The notes below the pieces were generated by a model. The model saw only the letters and a program-made list of their open reading frames with translations, was not told the origin of the DNA and searched no databases. A stretch of 64,000 nucleotides of DNA from Geopsychrobacteraceae bacterium (GTDB lineage: Bacteria; Desulfobacterota; Desulfuromonadia; Desulfuromonadales; Geopsychrobacteraceae). Below, in pieces: positions 1 through 9,125 of the stretch. The DNA lies in assembly GCA_963676795.2 (NCBI GenBank), contig CAXXTB010000001.1, positions 1,056,001 to 1,120,000 on the forward strand. The letters are read 5' to 3'. Position 1 is the stretch's first letter; every line of letters starts with the position of its first letter. The translations under genes were made by a program, and so were the position numbers.

Positions 1-26
1 GCAAACACGGCAACATCCGGCTTTAG
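1..26 (+). CDS. 3' tip of an upstream acyl-CoA carboxyltransferase (partial, runs off window)
   Basis: Nt 3-26 read K-H-G-N-I-R-L-stop, matching the typical KHGNIPL C-terminus of PccB/MmdA-type carboxyltransferases; stop lies 13 nt before the next ATG. Confidence 0.6.
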
Positions 27-39
27 TTGGAGTGCAGAT

Positions 40-1530
40 ATGGATATGAAAGCAAAATTGAGTGAATACCGTGAAGTCGAGGCCACGTTGTCCGTTGGCG
101 GCGGGCAAAAAGCGATCGACAGGCAGCATGCGACCGGCAAGCTGACCGCCTGGGAAAGGATGGCTCTGCTCTTTGATCCGAGAACATTTAAAGAGTTGGA
201 TTTGCTGGCCAAACCATTCAAAACCGGTTTCGATATCGACAATCGTGATATTCCGCGCGATGCGATCATTACTGGTTATGGGAAGGTCAACGGCCGCAGG
301 GTTTACGCGGCATGCTATGATTATACGACCGTCGCCGGCTCGCAAGGGTCGATGCAGATGCTCAAGCTGGTTAAAATCATGGAGCAGGCCAGAAAAGAAG
401 GGCTGCCCTATGTCTCGATCATCGATTCCTCCGGCCGTCGAATCCAGGATCGTTTCGGTAAGTTCGGCTATCGGGTGCCAATCAGGGTGGATGATTGCGG
501 TGAGGGCAACCTTGATATGTTCGGCCCCCCCATGTCCTCAGGAATTATTCCTCAGATCAGCCTGATGCTCGGACCGGCCTATGCGGGTACCGCGTACTGC
601 CCGATGATGAGCGATTTTCTGATCTTCCGCAAAGAACTCTCCTTCATGTCGGTCGCCTCACCGACTCTGTTGAAGACCGCGACCGGCGCGGATGTTACTC
701 AGGATGAGATCGGCGGCGCCCGCTTGCATGCGGAGATCACGGGTTCGGCGGATCTGCTTGTCGACAGTGATGAAGAGGCGTTGGCCAAATGTCGTGAACT
801 GCTCAGCTATCTGCCGTCCAACTGGACAGAGCAGCCGCCCGAACGTCAAACTAACGACGATCCGCAACGACAGATAGAAGAACTCCTGTCGATTGTTCCG
901 AAAGATGAGTGCAATGGTATCGATATGCGCCGGTTGATTTCCCTGGTCGTTGATGACGGCCGGTTTTTCGAGGTGGCACCGCTCTTTGCTCAGAACATGA
1001 TCACCGGATTTGCCACTTTAGGTGGGAAGACCGTTGGTATTGTTGCCAACAATTCTCTGGTCAAGGATGGTTCGCTGGACGTTAACGCCTGCGACAAGCA
1101 TGCCCATTTTGTCAGAACCTGCGACTGTTTCAATGTCCCAATCGTCTCGCTGGTTGACAGCACAGGGTTTACGGAAGGTGCGCAAAGTCCGGAAGGGCTT
1201 GAGAAACACGCGGCGAAACCTGTATTTGCCATGTGTGAAGCAAGCGTACCCAAAGTCGTGCTTTATATCAGGAAGGTCTACGGGACCACCCGCCTGGTGA
1301 TGGGAGGGCGCGGGATGAAAGTCGATTCTGTAATCGCCTGGCCTTCGGTCGATTTCAACTATGGTCCATTCCCGATTAAGGAACCCTACAATTCCGGAGC
1401 CATCATGGCCTTTGAAGAGGTCATCGATCCGAGAGCAACAAGGGCGGTACTCGTCGACCGATTGGAAAGGTTGTCAGTGAAAATGCCAGAGGCCAAGCCT
1501 TGGCGTAAGCATGGACTCATTCAGTTCTAA
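40..1530 (+). CDS. Acyl-CoA carboxylase/decarboxylase carboxyltransferase subunit (PccB/MmdA family), divergent
   Basis: GG..AIDRQHATGKLTAWER, DYTTVAGS, PQISLMLGP, GIVANN, FVRTCDCFNVPIVSLVD, VIDPRATR, RKHG motifs. Confidence 0.9.
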   Translation: MDMKAKLSEYREVEATLSVGGGQKAIDRQHATGKLTAWERMALLFDPRTFKELDLLAKPFKTGFDIDNRDIPRDAIITGYGKVNGRRVYAACYDYTTVAGSQGSMQMLKLVKIMEQARKEGLPYVSIIDSSGRRIQDRFGKFGYRVPIRVDDCGEGNLDMFGPPMSSGIIPQISLMLGPAYAGTAYCPMMSDFLIFRKELSFMSVASPTLLKTATGADVTQDEIGGARLHAEITGSADLLVDSDEEALAKCRELLSYLPSNWTEQPPERQTNDDPQRQIEELLSIVPKDECNGIDMRRLISLVVDDGRFFEVAPLFAQNMITGFATLGGKTVGIVANNSLVKDGSLDVNACDKHAHFVRTCDCFNVPIVSLVDSTGFTEGAQSPEGLEKHAAKPVFAMCEASVPKVVLYIRKVYGTTRLVMGGRGMKVDSVIAWPSVDFNYGPFPIKEPYNSGAIMAFEEVIDPRATRAVLVDRLERLSVKMPEAKPWRKHGLIQF

Positions 1531-1604
1531 CTTTTCTGCTCTCAAGCTGAAAGCGAGATATCCAAAAGTCCTAGTGTCAGCATTTGATCAAGGAGTCTAA
1601 GACA

Positions 1605-2396
1605 GTGGAATACACAAACCTTGTTTATCAATTCGATGAAGAGACCGGCATTGCCTGGCTCAGTATTAACAGGCCTGAGGTCAAAAATGCGCTGAACCGC
1701 GAGACTCGCCAAGAGCTCAGAACTGTCGTTGACAGTTTGAATCATGATTACTCAGTCAAGGTTTTGATCATCACCGGAGCTGGCGAAGATTCTTTTGTTG
1801 CCGGCGCCGACATTGTTGAGTTTCAAAATGCAAAGCCGGTCGAGATCGAAGAATTTGCTTCAACTCTCGGTCAGGCCCTGACAACCGATATCTCAAATCT
1901 GCCAATGCCCGTCATCGCCATGATCAATGGCTATTGTTTTGGTGCTGGCTGCGAATTGGCGATGGCTTGTGACATAAGAATTGCTTCCGACAACTCAAAA
2001 TTCGGCCAGCTGGAAATCAATCTGGGGTTGATTCCCGGAGCCGGGGGAACCCAGCGACTGCCACACCTGGTCGGCGCCGGCAGAGCCAAAGAGATCATGT
2101 TCTCCGGCCGAATCCTCAAAGCTGATGAAGCGGAAAGAATCGGCTGGATCGACAGAATGGTTCCTCAGGCAGAATTGGAAGAAGCAGTGACCCGGCTCGC
2201 TGAAACCATTGCGTCCAAGAGTTCGTTAATCCAGCGGATCCTCAAAAAAACCATTAACAATGGTTTGAACACAGACCTGCAAAGCGGCCTGGCATGTGAA
2301 AAAGCCAACTTTGCCCTGTGTTTTGACACAGAAGACATCCGTGAAGGGATCGACGCCTTCCGCAATAAACGCAAAGCGCAATTTTCCGGTAAATAA
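1605..2396 (+). CDS. Enoyl-CoA hydratase/crotonase
   Basis: INRPEVKNAL, FVAGADI, GAGCELAMACDIR, GQLEINLGLIPGAGGTQRL (both catalytic Glu); GTG start at 1605 after AGGAG. Confidence 0.92.
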   Translation: MEYTNLVYQFDEETGIAWLSINRPEVKNALNRETRQELRTVVDSLNHDYSVKVLIITGAGEDSFVAGADIVEFQNAKPVEIEEFASTLGQALTTDISNLPMPVIAMINGYCFGAGCELAMACDIRIASDNSKFGQLEINLGLIPGAGGTQRLPHLVGAGRAKEIMFSGRILKADEAERIGWIDRMVPQAELEEAVTRLAETIASKSSLIQRILKKTINNGLNTDLQSGLACEKANFALCFDTEDIREGIDAFRNKRKAQFSGK

Positions 2397-2412
2397 CTAG
2401 AGAGGTACTCCT

Positions 2413-3285
2413 ATGATCAACGAAGTTGCTGTTATTGGGGCCGGTACCATGGGCCATGGGATCGCTCAGATTTGTGCCCAGGCCGGAATCAAAGTCATGC
2501 TGTTCGACCAAACAGATGAGTTTGTTCAATCTGGTCTGGGCAGAATAGATGATTTTCTGAAGAAAGGGGTTGACCGCCAGAAAATATCGTATGAACAGGC
2601 GGAGCAAGCGTTGAACCGAATTCAGGGGACCACCTGTCTGGATGATGCGGTAAGGAATGCCGATCTGATCGTTGAGGCTATTCCGGAAAAAATGGAGCTC
2701 AAAAAAGAATTCTTCAAAGGCCTGATCAGCAAGTGCAAAGATACTGCAATCTGGGCATCCAATACCTCTACCCTGAGTATCACCGAAATGGCATCCGTCA
2801 GTGAAAAACCTCAACAGTTTATCGGCATGCATTTCTTCAATCCGGTTCAGTTGATGACGCCGATCGAAATCATCAAAGGGATTTTGACCAGCGAAGAGAC
2901 CCTGAAGGCGATCACTGAGCTGACTGTCAAGCTGGGGAAAACGCCGATTGTCGTCAAGGATTCGCCTGGCTTTGCCAGCACTAGACTGGGCGTCGAACTG
3001 TTTCTCGAGGCCAGTCGTATGCTCGAGGAGGGGGTCGCATCAGTCAAGGATATAGACAACGGCGCAAAACTGTTCTATGGCCACAAAATGGGGCCTTTCG
3101 AGACCTGCGACCTGGTCGGTCTTGATTCGAGGCTGAACAATCTGAAGTCTCTTCAGGAATCAACAGGAAATCCGAAGTGGGCTCCGCCATTGTTGCTCAA
3201 ACAACTGGTTTCCTCTTCGTACCTGGGCACCAAGCCTGCCAGCAAGGGGGGGTATTACAAGTATTTTGGCATTGAAGACGATTGA
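2413..3285 (+). CDS. hbd: 3-hydroxyacyl-CoA (3-hydroxybutyryl-CoA) dehydrogenase
   Basis: GAGTMGHGIAQ Rossmann motif, EAIPE, ASNTSTL, GMHFFNPV, MGPFETCDLVGLD. Confidence 0.9.
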   Translation: MINEVAVIGAGTMGHGIAQICAQAGIKVMLFDQTDEFVQSGLGRIDDFLKKGVDRQKISYEQAEQALNRIQGTTCLDDAVRNADLIVEAIPEKMELKKEFFKGLISKCKDTAIWASNTSTLSITEMASVSEKPQQFIGMHFFNPVQLMTPIEIIKGILTSEETLKAITELTVKLGKTPIVVKDSPGFASTRLGVELFLEASRMLEEGVASVKDIDNGAKLFYGHKMGPFETCDLVGLDSRLNNLKSLQESTGNPKWAPPLLLKQLVSSSYLGTKPASKGGYYKYFGIEDD

Positions 3286-3422
3286 GGGATGAATAAACTC
3301 AATTCTCCCGCAATGCAGTATCCAGCTCTTTCTATGGTAGACTTTTGAATTGGGTCGAGTAACAGGCCGTGTCGTCAAGTGTTGATTGATGCTTGAGATG
3401 TTATCGAAAAGGAGGAGTGACA

Positions 3423-4355
3423 ATGATTGATGAGGTTTCAGGGGATCTGCTGCAATGGTTGCGGGGTTTTTATTATGTGGCGATGGAAGGGAATATCAGA
3501 CTGGCGGCTCTCGCCATGGGGAGGGAGAAGCCGACAATCAGTCGTCAGATTAAACGGTTGGAACAGGAATTGGGGGTGATCCTTTTTGATCGTTCTTCCG
3601 GGAAGATGACAATAACGACCGATGGTGAAAAACTCCTTGAGGAAGCCCGAATCCTCTTCGAATGTGTCAAATTTATTAAAGGGAGTTTTGCAAAAGGAGA
3701 ATCTCAATTCAAGGGGAAAATTGCTATGGCCGTTTCCCCGGCGATTGTCGGCAATATTTTGCCGGAATATATTGACGATTTCTTGAAGCGCTTCCCTGAA
3801 ACAAAATTTCATATTACCGGAGGTACCAGGGAAAGGATTCTGGAAGAAGTAGATTCTTCGAAGGTCGATTTTGGAATCTGCTTATCAACCGGCTACGAAA
3901 AATCCTTTCAGTGTTATGATTTTTTTGAATCAGGGTCAATATTGATTGCCCCCAAAAATAATTCATTTTTCGCTAAAAATAAAATTCCCTCTTTAGAGGA
4001 AATCTCTAAATCTCCTCTTATTTTCCTTTCTCATCAAGGTTTGTCGTCGGCTATCGAGGATTGCTTCGTGGAAAGAGATCTTGATTTGAATATAGTTGTT
4101 ACACATAATAATCATGATCATGTTAAGAAATTCGTTCGTTACGGAATGGGATCTTCTATATTAGCTTCACATTGTGTTTCTTCTGATGAAAAAGAGTTTT
4201 TTGATACATATAATCTTGATGAATATTTTCCAAGGAGAAAATATTCTATTGTTCTTAAGAAAAAGAAATATGCATCACCCTTAATTAGAGAATTTATCAA
4301 ATATTTGAATCCTGATATTGATTTGCCTTCGCCAATGGATATCTATACTGAATAA
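3423..4355 (+). CDS. LysR-family transcriptional regulator
   Basis: N-terminal HTH (AALAMGREKPTISRQIKRLEQELGVILFDR), ~310 aa; ATG at 3423 after AGGAGG. Confidence 0.9.
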   Translation: MIDEVSGDLLQWLRGFYYVAMEGNIRLAALAMGREKPTISRQIKRLEQELGVILFDRSSGKMTITTDGEKLLEEARILFECVKFIKGSFAKGESQFKGKIAMAVSPAIVGNILPEYIDDFLKRFPETKFHITGGTRERILEEVDSSKVDFGICLSTGYEKSFQCYDFFESGSILIAPKNNSFFAKNKIPSLEEISKSPLIFLSHQGLSSAIEDCFVERDLDLNIVVTHNNHDHVKKFVRYGMGSSILASHCVSSDEKEFFDTYNLDEYFPRRKYSIVLKKKKYASPLIREFIKYLNPDIDLPSPMDIYTE

Positions 4356-4618
4356 ATGCTGAGAACAGTTTTTCCTCTTATGGTTGATTGTTGTGGCACC
4401 AGATAAATGGAATGTTCTTTTGGGCTAGGCAGGACGCCGTGCACATCAATTTATTTCCTGAAGTGACAGAGCGGTGTTCATCGGCAAAACACCGCAAAAG
4501 ATCTAATTCAATAGGTTCTCTCGTATATTTATCTTTTGACCGCGAGGTTATACTTTGTCGTGGGCTGAGTGCAATCCCTCGTTATTCTTATTGAACTTAA
4601 GTCCCATTCCCATTGCCA

Positions 4619-4711
4619 GTTAGGAAATATCTAACGGCTATAAGGAATTAGTGAATAGATTGAAATAGGGGGCAGTGATATAAAAAATTAACGGATGAGT
4701 TAAGCGGTTTA
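4619..4711 (+). promoter_or_regulatory. Putative LysR-activated promoter, copy 1 (GTT-N11-AAC box + extended -10)
   Basis: Dyad GTTAG-GAAATAT-CTAAC at 4619-4635, TGaTATAAA downstream; gap-free similarity to 8519-8611. Confidence 0.6.
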
Positions 4712-5327
4712 GCTGCCACACTGCTTTTATCTGGAGAGCAGCAAGTTCGTCATTTTGAGTGAAACTTATGTTGGGCAGAGGTAAGTTCCTGTAGCCCGGT
4801 TCTGTGGGTATTCGCAATATAAGTGGATGTAGGTTAGTCGAAGGGGATTCTTGGTATTTTTATCAGTCTTCATTTTTGGGTTAGGAAGTTCAGGATCGGT
4901 TAAAGGTCGACCTTTGTGATTAGTGCAGATTTTTGCTCTTTGACAATCTGTGTTTCGTTGGCTGCTCGCAGATTTTTTTAGGGGAGTTTGTAATTAGCTG
5001 AATTTTGATATTTCAATTCTCATTTTTGACTTCTGTTTCTGAGCTTGATTCAACTTTTCGCTTCCCGGGTAGCCTGCCAATTCAGCTGGCTGTTGTAGTA
5101 AATCGGCCTCTGTTTATCTATATTTCTCGATCAATACTGTTCTTTGATCTGTTCAGGCGGTGTATTCCGTCGTCGCTTGTGGCCTCTTTAATATATGTCG
5201 AAAAGTCAGCGAAACACTGATTTCATGTTTCTCTCCTATGTTTATGGGAAGAGCATGGGAAGCGTAAGAGGTTGGTCTGCTCTTGTGTGTTGAGGATATT
5301 TATTTCCAACTGATTCAGGTGATATTT

Positions 5328-5462
5328 ATGGGCGAATTGTTGAGGGTCTTTATTGTTGGGGTCGCCGGTGTTTTTGTCGTTATGGCTGTTTTGTATTTTG
5401 TCATTATTCTGGTTGGCAAGGTCGCTACTGGTATAGCACAGAGGACTTCCCATGACTCATAG
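5328..5462 (+). CDS. OadG/GcdD-like small membrane subunit of Na+-translocating decarboxylase (44 aa, missed by ORF track)
   Basis: MGELLRVFIVGVAGVFVVMAVLYFVIILVGKVATGIAQRTSHDS: one TM helix with G..GVF.V pattern, AGGTGA RBS, overlaps the start of the beta-subunit gene. Confidence 0.75.
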   Translation: MGELLRVFIVGVAGVFVVMAVLYFVIILVGKVATGIAQRTSHDS

Positions 5463-6570
5463 TATTGCGGATATCTTCCAGACGACCGGGTTGTTTCATA
5501 TCACTCCCGGTATCATTGTCATGTGGGTCATTGCCTTTATCCTGATTTACCTGGCCATAGCCAAGCAATATGAACCGCTGCTTCTGCTGCCGATCGGCTT
5601 TGGGATTTTGCTGGCGAACCTTCCTCTGGCAGGCCTGATGTCGCCCGGTGAAGGCTTGTTGTGGCGGTTCTATCAGTACGGAATTCAATGGGAAGTTATC
5701 CCGCCGTTGATTTTTCTCGGTCTTGGCGCGATGACCGACTTCGGGCCACTGCTTGCCAAACCAAAACTGATTTTTCTCGGTGCTGGAGCCCAGGCCGGTG
5801 TCTATTTGACCTTTTTTGCTGCCAGTATGTTTGGCTTCAACCTTCAGGAGGCCGCTTCAATCGGTATCATCGGTGGGGCTGACGGTCCAACCAGTATCTT
5901 TCTTGCCAGTAAAATGGCGCCACAACTTTTGGGCAGTATTGCTGTTGCCGCATATTCCTATATGGCCCTGGTGCCGATCATTCAGCCGCCGATCATGAGG
6001 TTGCTGACCACCAAAAATGAGCGGGTCATCCGCATGAGCAAGGGGCGTAAGGTCAGCCAACTGGAAAAGATCATTTTTCCGATCGCCGCAACGATTGTTA
6101 TCGTCGTGCTGTTGCCAGCGGCGGCCCCACTGATGGCGATGTTCATGGTCGGTAACCTGTTCCGCGAAGCCAAGGTTGTCGAGCGCCTGACCGGAGCCGC
6201 GCAGAATGAGCTGATGAATATCCTGACCATCTTTCTTGGTCTGCCGGTCGGTGCCACAATGAATGCGGAAAATTTCCTGCAGGTAAGAGTAATTTTCATC
6301 TTCATTGCCGGTCTGCTAGCCTTTATCTTCAGTACTGCGGCCGGGATCATTCTGGCAAAATTCATGAACCTGTTCAGTAAGGACAAGATTAATCCGCTGC
6401 TTGGAGCGGCCGGCGTTTCAGCCGTACCGATGGCGGCTCGTGTCGTCCATAACGTTGGCCAGCAGTATGACAAGAAAAACTACCTGCTTATGTTTGCCAT
6501 GGGGCCAAATGTCGCCGGAGTTATTGGAACCGTTGTGGCCGCTGGTATCTTTCTGACACTTTTGGGATAG
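5452..6570 (+). CDS. Na+-translocating decarboxylase beta subunit (OadB/GcdB/MmdB family)
   Basis: [72 protein letters not shown]. Confidence 0.96.
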   Translation: MTHSIADIFQTTGLFHITPGIIVMWVIAFILIYLAIAKQYEPLLLLPIGFGILLANLPLAGLMSPGEGLLWRFYQYGIQWEVIPPLIFLGLGAMTDFGPLLAKPKLIFLGAGAQAGVYLTFFAASMFGFNLQEAASIGIIGGADGPTSIFLASKMAPQLLGSIAVAAYSYMALVPIIQPPIMRLLTTKNERVIRMSKGRKVSQLEKIIFPIAATIVIVVLLPAAAPLMAMFMVGNLFREAKVVERLTGAAQNELMNILTIFLGLPVGATMNAENFLQVRVIFIFIAGLLAFIFSTAAGIILAKFMNLFSKDKINPLLGAAGVSAVPMAARVVHNVGQQYDKKNYLLMFAMGPNVAGVIGTVVAAGIFLTLLG

Positions 6571-6707
6571 GGGGAGGTTGAGAAGACGAAGGCTTCCCTT
6601 AGGCTTGTAGCTGCCAGACAACGGCGTGCTTCCCCTGCTGTCTGCTGGAAAATAGCTAATACCCCAGCTGAATTGGTGGATAATTTTCTTGAAAGGAGTA
6701 TTGATGT

Positions 6708-7628
6708 ATGTGGACTGATTACGACGTTATTGTCATTGGTGGAGGACCTGCCGGTTTGGCGGCCAGTCTTTATACCAGCCGAGCTGGATTGGAAACTTTG
6801 ATTCTTGAAAAAGGCGGACCAGGCGGTGAGTTGATGAATCGGCAGTTGATTGAAAATTATCCGGGTTTTAGTGCCGGAATTCAGGGGCCAGATCTTGGCT
6901 CAGCCATGTCTACACAAACAGAGTCTTTTGGGACGGAGTTTGAACTTGGCGCTGTAACCAGTATTGAAGTTAAGGATAATTTTAAAGTTGTTAAGACTGA
7001 AGAAGATAGCTTTTCCTGTAAAGGGATTATCATTGCAAGTGGATCGGTTAACAGAAAGCTAAATGTCCCCGGGGAGGAGGAGTTCAGTCACAAGGGCGTA
7101 TTTTACTGTGCAACCTGCGATGGCCCAGGTTTCGCCGATAAGGCTGTTCTTGTTGTTGGCGGAGGTGATTCTGGTGTCACTGAGGCGCTTGAGCTTTCAA
7201 GGTATTGCACAAAGGTAACGATTGTCGAGTTGATGGAAAAACCTAAGGCCTCACAAGTGTTACTGAACCGTGCCACCGAAAATCCGAAGATTGAACTTTT
7301 CTGTGCGACCAAGGTTAATCAGATTTTTGGCGATGATCATGTGTCCTCGGTTGAACTCGAAGACCTTGCTTCGGGTGAAAAGAGGAAGTTGGATGTTGAG
7401 GGGGTCTGCGTGCGCATTGGGCTTATTCCGAATACCCAGTTTCTGAACGGAGTGCTTGAGCTGACGCCACTTGGCCAGGTTCCTGTCAATATTAATATGG
7501 AAACCAGTATCCCTGGAATCCTGGCTGCTGGTGATGTTCGTCAATATTCTGCCGTGCAAATGGCGACGGCAACTGGTGATGGAGTTACGGCGGCAATGGC
7601 TCTCGGGCGGTATCTGGAAACCATATAG
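6708..7628 (+). CDS. Thioredoxin-disulfide reductase-like flavoprotein (TrxB fold)
   Basis: GGGPAGLAA, IENYPGF, YCATCDG redox motif, VVGGGDSG, TSIPGILAAGDV. Confidence 0.9.
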   Translation: MWTDYDVIVIGGGPAGLAASLYTSRAGLETLILEKGGPGGELMNRQLIENYPGFSAGIQGPDLGSAMSTQTESFGTEFELGAVTSIEVKDNFKVVKTEEDSFSCKGIIIASGSVNRKLNVPGEEEFSHKGVFYCATCDGPGFADKAVLVVGGGDSGVTEALELSRYCTKVTIVELMEKPKASQVLLNRATENPKIELFCATKVNQIFGDDHVSSVELEDLASGEKRKLDVEGVCVRIGLIPNTQFLNGVLELTPLGQVPVNINMETSIPGILAAGDVRQYSAVQMATATGDGVTAAMALGRYLETI

Positions 7629-8166
7629 CATCAGTCTCGGATCGTTCAGCTATCTCTCTGAAGAGGCATGCTCTTGAAGACTTGAATGAATGCTGACTGG
7701 TGAACTGTGTTTGTTGTGGTTTCCCAAGAGCCGTAGAGCTGCAAGTCGGCTTTTACGAGGTGAATATTGAATTCTGAACAACGTAAAAAACAACCTCTAG
7801 GATTCTGATTGGGGCCTGATGACCAGTATTGCACATGCTGGTTGTTAGGCCATATTTTTAACGACGAGCCTTCAGTTGAAAGTTGGAGCGTGAGCCCCTT
7901 TCTTTTATATTCTCTTCTGTCTGTTTCCTTTGAGTGTCAGAGATTTTTCCTGTAAATCAAGGTGTTGTCATGTTTGTGGGACTGTGTAAATGAGCAGTCG
8001 CGGGCTGTGTTATTTGTGGCAAATTGGTGCATGTTGTCCTCTTTTGGCAATTTATTTTTGGCAGTAAACTTTGTCAGAATTTAAAATATTTAGCTTTGGT
8101 ATACGTTAAATATTTTGCATCGATTGCGCGATCAACACAAACAAGACTATTTGGGTTACTTTAGGA

Positions 8167-8283
8167 ATGAGGAAAGTCATGGCAAGGATTATCAAGAAAT
8201 CGCTTTTGTCGTTGGGTTTCAGTAGGGCAAAGATTTACAGTCGTCGTCAGGCTTACGTTGAACAACGTATCTGGAAATTTTAG
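8167..8283 (+). CDS. Possible small basic peptide (34-38 aa)
   Basis: (MRKV)MARIIKKSLLSLGFSRAKIYSRRQAYVEQRIWKF; GAGGA before second ATG (8179); followed by a terminator-like hairpin. Confidence 0.3.
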   Translation: MRKVMARIIKKSLLSLGFSRAKIYSRRQAYVEQRIWKF

Positions 8284-8346
8284 CCGTATAATTAGCTACC
8301 AGTGCCATGGGTTTGATCGGGGCTGCTGGCTTTCGGACTGCAAGTC

Positions 8347-8380
8347 AAAATCCCTGCCTGTACGGTGGGGATTTTTTTTC
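8347..8380 (+). terminator. Intrinsic terminator-like hairpin
   Basis: AAAATCCC-TGCCTGTACGGTG-GGGATTTT followed by T-run. Confidence 0.55.
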
Positions 8381-8518
8381 ATGCTTGGCGTTACGAAGAT
8401 TCATGTTTCGCTGTATGACTCTATTTTAAATCAATTTTACCCCCTTCCTCCCTCTTCTGTTTTTTAGCCTTATCTCATATCTTCCAGTTTAAATTCGTTT
8501 TAAGATCCGTTTGCTGGT

Positions 8519-8611
8519 GTTCAGAAATATGCAACAGCCGTAAGGATTTAGTGAATAGATCGCAAGAATAGACAGTGATATACAATATTACAAGAATTGT
8601 TAAGAGTTCTA
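8519..8611 (+). promoter_or_regulatory. Putative LysR-activated promoter, copy 2
   Basis: GTT-CAGAAATATGC-AAC box, TAAGGA.TTAGTGAATAGAT and CAGTGATATA blocks shared with 4619-4711 at an exact 3900-nt offset. Confidence 0.6.
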
Positions 8612-8773
8612 AAGTTTCTTTTGTTTTTATTAGTTATGCAATCAATTTTATTAATTGATGATTTTTTTTACACAGTCTCATCTGTGGATTCATTTTTATT
8701 GATTAAATATTAATGGAATCAAAAAGGAATACAGTTTTGAATTAAACCTTAATTGGAATTGAAGAGGTACTAT

Positions 8774-8992
8774 ATGGCAGAGGAAATTCTAGCCCCTCTT
8801 TCTGGGGCGGTTTGGAAGGTACAGGTCGAAGTTGGCCAACGCGTTGAAGAAGATGACGAGGTTATTATTCTTGAAGCGATGAAAATGGAAACGGCTGTCT
8901 TTGCACCATGTAGCGGAATTATCAGGGAAATAAAGGTCAAGCAGGGCGATAAGGTCGATGAAGACGATATTCTGGCAATGATAGAAGACTGA
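8774..8992 (+). CDS. Stand-alone biotin carboxyl carrier protein
   Basis: APLSGAVWKV...ILEAMKMET biotinylation motif, 72 aa; GAGG RBS. Confidence 0.93.
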   Translation: MAEEILAPLSGAVWKVQVEVGQRVEEDDEVIILEAMKMETAVFAPCSGIIREIKVKQGDKVDEDDILAMIED

Positions 8993-9125
8993 TTTTATAT
9001 GTAACTTGTGATTTTGAGCCACACAGTTGTGATTCCAGATACTTAGCCTTGCTTAGTAAGAGCGGCTGTTGTGATAAATGGGTTATCACTGCAGCTGTAA
9101 CATTCCTTAAAGGGGAGGTAATGTA

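Noticed and set aside
7629..7701. Long imperfect fold-back after the TrxB-like gene
   Set aside because: Pairing is interrupted and has no U-tail; it cannot be distinguished from chance or a weak terminator.
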